Shown here piece by piece: positions 25,734 to 35,133 of a stretch of DNA of 53,713 nucleotides; the first letter of the stretch is position 1, and the number at the start of each line of letters is the position of its first letter. A program made the position numbers and the translations under genes. Source of the stretch: a virus (taxonomy: Duplodnaviria > Caudoviricetes); the IMG/VR virus record IMGVR_UViG_3300036852_000233, positions 1-53,713 of that record; one strand, 5' to 3'. The notes beneath the pieces were generated by a model. That model was not told the origin of the DNA. It worked only from the letters and a program-made list of their open reading frames with translations, and searched no databases.

Positions 25734-26056
25734 GCCAGGCACACGTAGACGTAGTTGACGGCGGTGGCGGAGGACACCCCGCCCCATCGTGCCCGGAACG
25801 TGGTGGAGCCGTAGGTGTCGGTGCCGTACACCCCGGTCGGACCGCCGCCAAGCCCCTGCCCCGACCAGAAGCAGATGACCACGCTGGGGGTGAACCCGGC
25901 ACCATGGGTGATCGTCAGGTAGCCACTGGCGTCGGTCGTGCCCGACCCCGACCCGATGTGCAGGGTGCGGCTCGAGCCGGGAGCGGCCTGCACCACCAGC
26001 GTGTTGAGGTCCGAAGCGGTCAAAATGTCTCCGCTTGACCAGGTCTTTCTCGCGAT
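25730..26056 (-). CDS. Small minor tail protein, apparent ATC start
   Basis: AGGAGG-N9-ATC then ARKTWSSGDILTASDLN; ITHGAGFTP. Confidence 0.7.
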   Translation of the reverse strand: MARKTWSSGDILTASDLNTLVVQAAPGSSRTLHIGSGSGTTDASGYLTITHGAGFTPSVVICFWSGQGLGGGPTGVYGTDTYGSTTFRARWGGVSSATAVNYVYVCLA

Positions 26057-26069
26057 GGTGATCGTCCTC

Positions 26070-27374
26070 CTACGCCAGCGTCCCGGTGTTGAGTTTCGAG
26101 GTATTCAGCTGGAAGGGCTTGAAACTGTCGATGTTGCGGGTGTCGAACCCGATCTCCCAGTAGTCCTGCGTGATGTCGTGGTTCAGCGACTGGATGATGA
26201 CCTGCACGTCCAGGGTGTTCGGACCGTAGTCGCGGACAACCCGAATCCGGTCGAGGTAGGTGAGGCCGAGCAGGGTCGTCCACATCCCCTGCGTTTCTGC
26301 GTGGATGGTGACGTGGGTGACCCGGACGTTGGGGGTTTTGGACCGGCCGACGATCCAGTTCCCGATCGACAGAGCATCCGAGTCGACCCGCAGTAGCGTC
26401 CCCGCGGTCCCCGAGAACGTCCGGATCCCGTAGGCGGTCTGGGAGGTGACGTCGTCGGCTTGCTGTTCGATGCCGCCGTTGCGGGTGATCAGCGCCCGGT
26501 TGGCGATCGTGTCCCGCTGCTTGGACACAGTCACCTCGAGCATGTCCACGTCGGTGCCGACGTCGGAGATGGTCGCGCGGACGGTCTGCGACCGGTGCGC
26601 CAGGTAGGGGTGTAGGCGGTCGTAGAACACCACCGCACCGTTCCCGTCGACGGCGAGGAAGCCGAGTTCGGTGGCGACCGCGTCGTTCACCATCTGCAAC
26701 GCCGACCCCGCATCGCCCAGGACGGTCTGCTGGCAGGTGGACAGGCCCGTGTCGATCTTGCGGAGGGTGGTCGGCCAGGCGGCGCCGTCGAGGATCCGGT
26801 TGATCCGGGCGCCGGTGGTCTCCCCATCCGGGTAGGGAAACCCCGACCGCAACACCGCGCTGGCCAGCACCTCCAGCCCGTCGGTGCATGCCAGCGTGAC
26901 GGTGGGGTCGAACCCGGCGTCGAGGGTGATCGAGTCGGTGAACCCGCGGAACAGCGGGTAGGTGACGCCCTGCCAGATCGCCTTGACCCACACGGCCACG
27001 CCGACGTCGAGCTGCCCGTACCAGGGGCTAGCCGGGTTGAGCGGGTCGTAGGTCCCGGCGGTGTTGTCCAGGTAAACCTGGCAGGTTCCGGGGGAGGCGG
27101 CCTCGAGCTCGCCGGCCTGGCCACGCTGGAAGCTGACCCGCTGCACGTCGGCGGTGACATCAACGAACCCGACCGCGCCGAGCTGCCCGGTCCCAAGCGC
27201 GGAGGAGTCGAGGACGAAGTAGCCGCCAGCGGGGTCGATGGTGGTGGTCCCGCCGAAGGCGACCTCGACGATGATCTGGGGCGCGTTGACTCCGTCGAGG
27301 GAGTAGATCGCGCCGACCTGGGGGCCGAGCGTCCCGTAAACATCAGAATAGACATCGTGGTAGACATCAGGCAC
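26070..27374 (-). CDS. Minor tail (baseplate hub-like) protein
   Basis: DVT..V....RG, LDN..G.YDP.N, TGARINRILD, DDVTSQTAYG. Confidence 0.8.
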   Translation of the reverse strand: MPDVYHDVYSDVYGTLGPQVGAIYSLDGVNAPQIIVEVAFGGTTTIDPAGGYFVLDSSALGTGQLGAVGFVDVTADVQRVSFQRGQAGELEAASPGTCQVYLDNTAGTYDPLNPASPWYGQLDVGVAVWVKAIWQGVTYPLFRGFTDSITLDAGFDPTVTLACTDGLEVLASAVLRSGFPYPDGETTGARINRILDGAAWPTTLRKIDTGLSTCQQTVLGDAGSALQMVNDAVATELGFLAVDGNGAVVFYDRLHPYLAHRSQTVRATISDVGTDVDMLEVTVSKQRDTIANRALITRNGGIEQQADDVTSQTAYGIRTFSGTAGTLLRVDSDALSIGNWIVGRSKTPNVRVTHVTIHAETQGMWTTLLGLTYLDRIRVVRDYGPNTLDVQVIIQSLNHDITQDYWEIGFDTRNIDSFKPFQLNTSKLNTGTLA

Positions 27375-27390
27375 GGCGTATCCTCAGCGG

Positions 27391-27699
27391 ATGAACGATG
27401 CGCAGCGACCCTTCGGCTTCACTGTCAAAGCAGTGCGCTCCCGGTACGGTCCGGAGAAGCAAACGAACCAGTGGGGCGTCATCACCTACGTAGAGCAGGC
27501 GGTAGACCAGCCGTACTGGCGGGTCTACCTGCCGCACTAGTGCGACGAATGGCAGATCACCGACGATGAGGGCTACGACTCCACTGGCAGCATCGTGCAT
27601 GGATCGAGGCCGGCTGCCGCTATTGCCGAACTGGAGCGGTTCATCGCCGAGGCACAGCAGGCCCTAGAAGCACTTCGCGCAGGCCAAGAGTTCGGTTAG
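27391..27699 (+). pseudogene. Antisense accessory gene with an in-frame TAG (27538-27540)
   Basis: MNDAQ...WRVYLPH*CDEWQI...AELERFIAEAQQALEAL; frame open on both sides; TATCCT just upstream (leaderless-type). Confidence 0.6.
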
Positions 27700-30044
27700 T
27701 TGTGGGTGGACATGAACCCGAACGACTGGCCGCTGGACACCGCCACCGTGCTCTTGATCGCCACCGTCCACCCGATCCCCAAGTAGCTGGTCGCTGAGGC
27801 GGTGTAGGTTTTGGTGCCGTAGGTACCGGCCGCGTGGGTGGTGGCGTCGTCGGTGACGACGCTGGCGACCCGCCCGTCCGAGGTCCCGGAAGGGAACGCT
27901 ACGGCGCGTTGCGCCTCCCCACCGGGCAGCGTCCATGAACTCGTGAGCCCGCCAGGGTTGTCGCGGGTGAACGCGGCGGAGATGACAAGGTCGCTTGAGC
28001 CGGTGGTGGTCGCGTTTGGGGTGACGACGGTGGTGGAGTCGGTGTTCTTGGTGGATGACTGGTCGACGTCGACGAGGGCGACCTGGTCGGTGCCGGAGTA
28101 GGCGACCAGGTCGATCGACCCGTGCGCGTTCACCGAGTTACCTGAGCCGTCGGTGGTGTTCAGGGCGATGCTGCTGTTGGGGTCGCCAGCAGCGGCGGTC
28201 TTACGGTACAGGCGGCTCACCAGCTCGGCGGCGCCAGCAGCGAGCAGCCGCGAGTCGAACGCCACCCATCCGGTCGGGTCGGTCAGCACCGCGGAGGTCC
28301 CGGAAGGGCCCATCCACGTGTCGGTGGTCAGACCCATGTCGTCCATGTACAGGTCGTAGGTTTGCGCGACCGAGCTGGACAGCCCGAAGTTGTAGGAGAC
28401 CCCGGCGGCGGTCTGGGTGAACGCGGTCGAGTCGACCGGGCCCTCGTCGACAGTCGTCTCGGCTGCCCCACCCGCGTTGGTGTTCTCGAAGATCTTGACT
28501 GTGACCGTGGTCGTCGACCCGTTCCAGACGTACTTCCATTCGACCCGGTTCCACACGTTCGCAGCCGGGGTGATCGTGGAGGTGTAGCGGGTCGCGCCAG
28601 CGGCGATATCGCGGATGATCACCTTCCCGGCGGTGTCCAACCCGATACCCCAGTTACTCCCGGTGGTGGGGTTCTGCTGCATCAACCGGGTGATCTGGGC
28701 GGGCAGCGCGGTCCGGTAGTAGTACAGCCGGCCGTAGTAGGTCGACGGGGAACCGAAGCTGGCCTGCCAGGTCGTCCGCGAGGTCGTTTGCGCCGCCACG
28801 CTGTGATGGATCGACGTAGTCCCAGCGTGTGCCTGCGTGCTCGAGTAGACCGGGATCGGGGAACCGATCGAATCCCACGGGTTCGACCCCACCGAGTTCG
28901 AGTTGCCGGTGGTGACGTTGCCGAGGTTGGTACCCTCCGCGGCGTTGCGCAGGCCGATACGGGTGCAGGTGTGGAACAGCAGCATCCCATCCCCGGCCTG
29001 CACCGTCGATGGCACCGTCAGCGTCTGACTGGCCGAATTCGAGAACGACTTGCTGGCACCATCCCGGAACGAACCCGTGCTGATCGGGGGGCCGGTCGGG
29101 CTCAGGTCCGGGTTGAAGTAGTCCGCCTTCGCCAGATCCTGGAATCCCTTCAGCGCGTTGGCGGAGGTGTTCATGCATTCGCTGACCCCGGAGACGCCGT
29201 TGAAGTAGACGATCGCCTTGACCTGCGGGTAGCTGGCCTGAAGGGTGGTGCGGACCTGGTCGTAGAACCCCTGCTTGGTGTTCGGATAGCTGCCGGTGGT
29301 CTCCTTCTTCCCCCACTCCGCCATCATCAGCGGCTTGGTGTGGCTGCCGCTTTTGGTGACGGTGGCCCAGTTGAGCATCGGATACTTCGTCTGGATGACG
29401 TAGTCCAAGTCCTCGCTGGTCGAGGCGCTGCCGTAGGGATCCCACCCGATCCAGTCCACGTAGGCGTCGCCGGGGTACAGCGCGTTCATCCGGGTTGGGA
29501 ACTGGGTGAGGTACCCGCTCGGCTTGAACACCCACACAACGTTGGTGGCGCCTTGCGCGACGAACACGTCGTGGAGGTGCTGCGCCGCCGACGCGTACTC
29601 CGCGTCGGTCCCGTACGTCCCACCATCCGCACTCGAGCTGGCGTTCATCTCGTTGTGGAACGCCAGGAAGAACGTGACGCCCCAGTCCCGCATCAACTTG
29701 GCCTGCGGGATCACGATCGAGTTGTCGTAGGAGCCGGCGGCGATGTCGGGCCACCTGTACTGCGTCGATGATCCGAAGATCCGCGGAGTCCAATGGATCA
29801 GCAGCAGCCGACCCTCAGCTGACATCGCCTGCTCATCAGCGGTCGGGAACGCCGTCGCGTAGTCGTTCCAGTCGTGATAGGCCGACGCGATGTTGAGGAC
29901 GCCGTTGGTGGTGGGGGTCCGGTTGGCCGTGGTCTCGAAGTTGCGAACCCGGGTGGCGTAGCTGGTCGCCGAATCACACGACGTCGACGGGTACACCCCG
30001 AACAGGCAGCCGACGTTGGGGACCAGGATGGAGCTGAGGCTCAC
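27696..30044 (-). CDS. Virion protein: GH26-like glycoside hydrolase plus beta-sandwich domains
   Basis: FHNEMN, YPGDAYVDWIGWDPY, KPLMMAEWG. Confidence 0.75.
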   Translation of the reverse strand: MSLSSILVPNVGCLFGVYPSTSCDSATSYATRVRNFETTANRTPTTNGVLNIASAYHDWNDYATAFPTADEQAMSAEGRLLLIHWTPRIFGSSTQYRWPDIAAGSYDNSIVIPQAKLMRDWGVTFFLAFHNEMNASSSADGGTYGTDAEYASAAQHLHDVFVAQGATNVVWVFKPSGYLTQFPTRMNALYPGDAYVDWIGWDPYGSASTSEDLDYVIQTKYPMLNWATVTKSGSHTKPLMMAEWGKKETTGSYPNTKQGFYDQVRTTLQASYPQVKAIVYFNGVSGVSECMNTSANALKGFQDLAKADYFNPDLSPTGPPISTGSFRDGASKSFSNSASQTLTVPSTVQAGDGMLLFHTCTRIGLRNAAEGTNLGNVTTGNSNSVGSNPWDSIGSPIPVYSSTQAHAGTTSIHHSVAAQTTSRTTWQASFGSPSTYYGRLYYYRTALPAQITRLMQQNPTTGSNWGIGLDTAGKVIIRDIAAGATRYTSTITPAANVWNRVEWKYVWNGSTTTVTVKIFENTNAGGAAETTVDEGPVDSTAFTQTAAGVSYNFGLSSSVAQTYDLYMDDMGLTTDTWMGPSGTSAVLTDPTGWVAFDSRLLAAGAAELVSRLYRKTAAAGDPNSSIALNTTDGSGNSVNAHGSIDLVAYSGTDQVALVDVDQSSTKNTDSTTVVTPNATTTGSSDLVISAAFTRDNPGGLTSSWTLPGGEAQRAVAFPSGTSDGRVASVVTDDATTHAAGTYGTKTYTASATSYLGIGWTVAIKSTVAVSSGQSFGFMSTHN

Positions 30045-30724
30045 GCCGGCACCGTCAGCTGCACGAGCAGCAGGATCTGCAACGGCCCACCCGACGATCC
30101 CTGCGTGACGTGGGTGGTGATGACGCTGGTCCCACCCGTCAGGGAGGTGGAGGAGAACACCGCCGCGATCGTGTTAACGGTCTGGCCGACCACGATCTCC
30201 GGCTGCGTCGACAGCCGAGTAGTGCCGCCGACCTTCAGATCCACCTTGGTGTTCAAACCGGTGGTGGCGACGTTCTTCAACCAGCAGGTGTAGCTGTAGA
30301 GGTCGGCGTTGAACGGCACGACCAGGTTGTACTGGATGTCCAGTGGACTGGTGACCGTGTCGACGGTCCACAGGAACGGCAGGATCGGCCGGTCGGAGCG
30401 GTGCTTGTGGTCCTCCCGCGCGTAGTTGGTGCCGGTCCCCACCGCTGACGCGGTGGTGTAGTCCATCGCGATGACCGTCGAGGCGGGCGTCCCGGCGGGT
30501 ACCGCCGCCCACGCGGTGGTGCCATCGCCCTGCTTGACTGGCACCCACCCGGTGGTCGCGGCAGCGGCAGTCGAGGTGCCGATGCCGAGTTTGGCTTCCA
30601 GCGCACGGATCGCGCCGTGGGCGTTCGGGTGGTGGGTGTCGTGCCCGGTGGTCACCCCATCCACGACAAGGTCGTCGGGGATGGTGGTGTCGTCGTCGAG
30701 CGCGGCAGGGTACTTGGTCGCCAC
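30041..30724 (-). CDS. Minor tail/fiber protein
   Basis: YPAALD, AIRALEAKLG, YAREDHKH. Confidence 0.7.
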   Translation of the reverse strand: MATKYPAALDDDTTIPDDLVVDGVTTGHDTHHPNAHGAIRALEAKLGIGTSTAAAATTGWVPVKQGDGTTAWAAVPAGTPASTVIAMDYTTASAVGTGTNYAREDHKHRSDRPILPFLWTVDTVTSPLDIQYNLVVPFNADLYSYTCWLKNVATTGLNTKVDLKVGGTTRLSTQPEIVVGQTVNTIAAVFSSTSLTGGTSVITTHVTQGSSGGPLQILLLVQLTVPA

Positions 30725-30733
30725 AGACGGCTC

Positions 30734-33420
30734 CTAAAGCTGGTTCGCGATGTCTTTCTTGCCACGACTCCGCAGGTCCTCGCGGATGCTTTGGAGCAGT
30801 TGCCGAGCGGCAGTACGGTCAGTGCCGACCGCGGTGATGTTGAAGATGAACGTGTTACCGCCGCCGTAGCGGCGCCCCGGGGTCACGCTGACGGTCTCCG
30901 GACCTGCCTCCCCAACCCCGATCAGGGTCGGGCGGGAGAACACGGTCTCCGGCAGCCCACCGGCGTACCAGTGGGGCGAGCGGGCCTGCCATGCCGCCCA
31001 CGCGGTCGCCGGATTGCCGTACACCATCTTGATGTAGTTCAGACCGGCGGCGATCTGGTCCTGCGGGTTGGAGGTCTTGTGGAACCCGGTCATCGCCCAT
31101 GTCGAGTCGAGGAACTGCGCGATCCCGTAGGCGCTGGAGGTGGGGTTCTGCGCGGCCGGGTTCCAGCCCGACTCGTGCTGCCACAGTTGGCGGAGCGCGT
31201 CCCACTGGGCGCCGACCCAGCCCATCATCGCGGCCATGCTCTTGCCGAGGTCGACGATGGGTCCGACCGCGCCGGTGGTGGTGAACCCCGCCCAGATCTG
31301 CGACCACACGTCCTTGAGCGGCCCGGCCACGTCGGAGGCGAGCCCCCGGAAGAACCCGGCCACGTCGGCGGCACCGTGGGCGAGGCCCTTGAGGATGCCG
31401 CCCATCACGTGCTTGCCAGCCGAGATGGCCCAGTCCGGTGGGCTGTGGATCCCGAGCGCCCCCAGGATCTTGGAGGGCAGACCTTTGAACCAGCCGACCA
31501 CGGTGTTCCAGACCGCTTTCACGCCGTTGAACATCCCGCTGATGATGTCCTTGCCCTTTTGGAGCAGCCACGTCCCCGCACCAGCGAGCGCGGTTTTGAT
31601 GCGGCCGGGAAGGTCCCGGAACCACTGGACCAGTTGCCCCCAGCGGGACAGGATCAGCGGGATCGGGCCGAGGAACCCGTCTTTGGCGGCGCGGACGACC
31701 TGATCGGCGAGCCAGTGCGCCGCCGCGACAAGGGCATGCCACGCGTCGTTGATCCCATGCCACGTCTTCAGAACCCACTCGCGGATGTCCTGCCAGGCCT
31801 TGACGAAGAAGTCCCGCATGTTCAGGACGGCGTGGACGAGGTTGGCGGCGGCATGCTCGAGCGCCGCCCACGTCCCTTTCACGATGTTGCGGAACGTCTC
31901 CGAGGTCTTCCACAAATGCACCAGCCAGGCCGCCAAGGCGACCAGCGCGACGATCACGATCCCGATCGGGTTGGCGGCCAAGACCACGTTCAGGACGCCT
32001 TGGGCGACCGCGAACAGCTTGGCCCCGACCGCCACCTTCACCAGCGTCGGCGCGAGCAGGATCAGCAGCGGGGTGAGCGCCAGCAGGATCGGGACCAACC
32101 CTTGCACGAGCACTGACGCGATCTTGGCGGCGGCGGGGATGATCGGCAGGAACGCCAGCGCTGCGGTCACCACCACCGGGATGAGGGGAGCCAGCGCGAT
32201 CAGGAGCTGCCCGACCGCTTTGGCGACCTGCACCAGCGACGGGGCGGCCTGCTTGAACGCCACGGCCAGCGCGTTCCCGACCTGGTTGGCGACCTGGATG
32301 ATGATCGGCAGGATCACCTTCAACGCTGGCATGAGCCCGCCGAGCAGTGCCGTGACAACGGGGATGATCGCGCTGAGCAGGTTGTTGGCGACCTTGCTGA
32401 TCCACACGGCCAGGTAGACCAGCGATGGCAGCAGCGGCTGGATCCCCTTCAGGAGCTGCCCGACGACCTGGACGAGGCCGACGAACGCGGGGACCAGCTG
32501 CGGCAACACCTTCGCAAGCGCGCCCGCCAGCGCCGCGACGACGCTGGACAGGACCGGCAGCAACGCCCGCAGGATCGCCGCCAAGGCGGGGAACAGCGCG
32601 CCGGCGAGCCGGCCGATCGCGGGGAGCATCTGGTTGATCGCCTTACCGACCAGCGGCAGGACCTTCATCAGGCCCGAGTCCAACGCGGTGCCGACCCCGA
32701 GGATCGCCTGCTGGAACGCCGGCATGATCTGCTGGCCGAGGCGGACCAGCGACCCGATGATGCTGCCCACGATCGGGAGCAGCGACCCGATGGTCTGCAA
32801 GAGGGTCCCGAACGCCTTGGTATTCCCTGACAGCGGCGACAGGATCATCTGCAACGCCGCAGCGAGGTTGCCGACCAGGTCAGGGATCTGGTTGAAGAAC
32901 TCCCGCACGATCGGGAGGACCTGCTTGATGAGCGGTTGGAACTCGGTGATCACATTGAACACTGCGCTGACCAAGCCCTTGCCGAACACGTCCACCAGCG
33001 GTGCGACAGACTTGAAGAACCCCTGCAAGACGGGCTGCATCGTCTTCAGGCTCTCGCGGATGTACTTCACCAGCCCGAGCATCGTGTCCTGCACCGGCTT
33101 GGCGTCGGCGGCAAGTTGGTTCTTCAGGCCCTGCCCGAGGTCCTTGAACTCCTTACGGACGTTCTTGTTCATCAATGCCGCAGCAACGCCCACGCCAGCA
33201 AATGCCGCGCCCAAACCAACGCCCAAAGTCCCCGCAAGTCCAACGCTCGCGACCCCAGCGGCACCAGCAGCCGCGACGAATTTTAGAGTTCCGGTGGACA
33301 GGACCTGGAGATCTTTTGCTGTTCCAGCGGCGGCGACACCTACCCCAGAGATGGTGCGGGAGGCGTTGATGTCCACGCCGAACAGCTTAAAAAGGTCAGA
33401 CTGGCCGTGTTACCGGGCAT
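30734..33420 (-). CDS. Tape measure protein with lytic-transglycosylase domain; 5' end (ATG 33420) out of frame with main ORF (GTG 33376)
   Basis: Long Ala/Leu-rich amphipathic ORF, ANPIG motif, HESGWNP.A.N..S.AYGIAQ. Confidence 0.9.
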
Positions 33421-33449
33421 CTGACTGCACCACCTCCTTTCTCGAAGCT

Positions 33450-33983
33450 CTAGATGAACGACTGCTGCCCAGGACTAGGACGTCCCCTGCGTCTCAATCC
33501 CGCTGCTGCTAACTTCCTTTGGCGCTCCGCACGGCACTGGCGACAGGCATTATGTCCCGTCTTTGGGTGGACGTAGATATTTGCAGGAATCCAAGGATGC
33601 CCATTACGACAAGCGCCATTCATCTTGCGCGTCGCACGCGCACGCGCAGTATTTTCTCCACGCGTGACAATTTCCATATGTTGCGGGTTAACGCAGCAGC
33701 GGACACGACACAGATGATCCAGCGTCAAACCATCAGGGATGGGGCCTTTCAGCAACTCCCAGATAAGGCGATGCGCGGCTCGGTTCTTTCGGCTGCCTGG
33801 AGGCCACGTGGCGGCCCCGTAACCAGTCACGGCAACATGGCCGATCCAGAGCCAGCATCCTGTCGTTTCTTCAATGCGGATCTTAACCGTCAGCTTGAAC
33901 GGCAGGGCAGACAGGTCCACAAGGGACCACCCCCTTGATGTGAGTTCCTTGATGTCGTCAGATAAACGGGGAGCCCCAGCCAT
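33450..33983 (-). CDS. Free-standing HNH homing endonuclease
   Basis: CWLW.G...GYG...AHR..WE...LDHLC....CVNP.H; C.NGH...C..C; low-GC3 codons. Confidence 0.9.
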   Translation of the reverse strand: MAGAPRLSDDIKELTSRGWSLVDLSALPFKLTVKIRIEETTGCWLWIGHVAVTGYGAATWPPGSRKNRAAHRLIWELLKGPIPDGLTLDHLCRVRCCVNPQHMEIVTRGENTARARATRKMNGACRNGHPWIPANIYVHPKTGHNACRQCRAERQRKLAAAGLRRRGRPSPGQQSFI

Positions 33984-34003
33984 CAAGGGAACTGGGGCTC
34001 CCC
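33968..34003 (-). promoter_or_regulatory. 12-bp hairpin sequestering the HNH RBS and start codon
   Basis: GGGGAGCCCCAG-N12-CTGGGGCTCCCC; ATG in loop. Confidence 0.6.
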
Positions 34004-34028
34004 TACCCGCCGACGAAGCGGGCTTCTT

Positions 34029-34544
34029 TCAGCCGAGATGAAGTTTCCCAGCAATCACCTTGGCTTTTATATCGTCGAGCACCTTGCGGACCTCGTGTTC
34101 CATCTCCGGCCGTTTCTCCCGCATGGTGGAGTCGAAGTACGGGTAGCCCCGCTGGAACACCACCGGCTTGTGCCCATACGTCGGGTGTTTCCAGCCGCCC
34201 CGGTCGATGTCTTTGGGGAGGTCCCGGGAGTTGCGGCCGCGGAGCCCGGCGGTGAACTGTTTGACCGCCACCTCCCGCGCAGTCACGCTCACCTTGATGT
34301 CGAGCGCCAGCGTGGACCGCAACCCAACCCCGGTCCCTGCCCTGCTCTTGCGGTAGTGCCGGCCTGCGCCGGTGGCGGTGTACTTGGCGGTCGCGGGCAT
34401 CGTGCGGATCTTCACCCGAGCGGCGTCCGCGCCGATCTTGGCGGCCTTCCGCAGCCGCTTCCGGAACGCGCGGCGGATCTCCGGGCGCATCCCCCGGGTC
34501 GCGCGGGTCAACTGAACGTAGTCAGCAACGTCGATCTTCGGCAT
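34029..34544 (-). CDS. HK97 gp10-like tail/neck protein
   Basis: Basic; G.W.HP.YG...QRG.PYF; before TMP. Confidence 0.6.
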   Translation of the reverse strand: MPKIDVADYVQLTRATRGMRPEIRRAFRKRLRKAAKIGADAARVKIRTMPATAKYTATGAGRHYRKSRAGTGVGLRSTLALDIKVSVTAREVAVKQFTAGLRGRNSRDLPKDIDRGGWKHPTYGHKPVVFQRGYPYFDSTMREKRPEMEHEVRKVLDDIKAKVIAGKLHLG

Positions 34545-35133
34545 CAGCCCTGCCTCTTGGCTTCCTCGTCAGCACGCTTCTGGCGGCCCTCGTCGATCGC
34601 CTCGGTCACGAACCGGAGCCGTTCCGCCTGCCGCCAGCCGAGCTCGTCGACCATGGTGGGGGTCCACCGGAACCGGTCAGCCCACCACAGGTCATCCAGG
34701 GCGGCATGCCAGACCGGATCCAGCCGCTGTGCGAGCTGCGGTTTCAGCCCGTACTGGCCGATGTTGACGAGGGTCCCGCGGGCAAAGGGGATGGTGCCTG
34801 CCCGTTGGCCTCGCCACCGCCAAGGATCTCCGCCAGCGCCGGGGTGACCACCGCCGCCAGCGGCTTGTGATACTTGACGGGGAGGTCCTGCACCGACGCC
34901 AAGCTCACCTCGAGCGGCTGGCCATCGTCGTTGGTCAAGGACCAGCGGCGCACGAACCGCACGATCAGCGCATCCTGCAGGGTGCCGATCCCGGACAGCC
35001 CCATCCCGGCACCGAACAGGTTGATGCCTTCGTCGTCGGCGGCTTTGAGCGCGAACCGGACGTCGCCGCGGCGCAGGTCGCCAATGTCGCGCAGATCGGC
35101 CGTGTGGCCGTCGGGGAGTTCGATGGTGGCCAT
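34544..35133 (-). CDS. Tail assembly chaperone G (35133-34744) / GT via -1 frameshift
   Basis: Slippery C-CCT-TTG (34783-34789) enters the frame encoding ADRFRWTPTMVDEL; between tail tube and TMP. Confidence 0.75.

Noticed and set aside
27538-27540. Genome-wide amber stop reassignment
   Set aside because: terL, portal, TMP and others end in TAG followed directly by the next gene; no suppressor tRNA seen
28362-32116. Long plus-strand ORFs (28362-29771, 30617-32116) and similar shadow ORFs
   Set aside because: Antisense shadows of high-GC3 genes, with no RBS or motifs
34783-34789. Tail chaperone -1 frameshift as a novelty
   Set aside because: Likely real, but it is the standard G/GT mechanism of long-tailed phages; listed as a feature only
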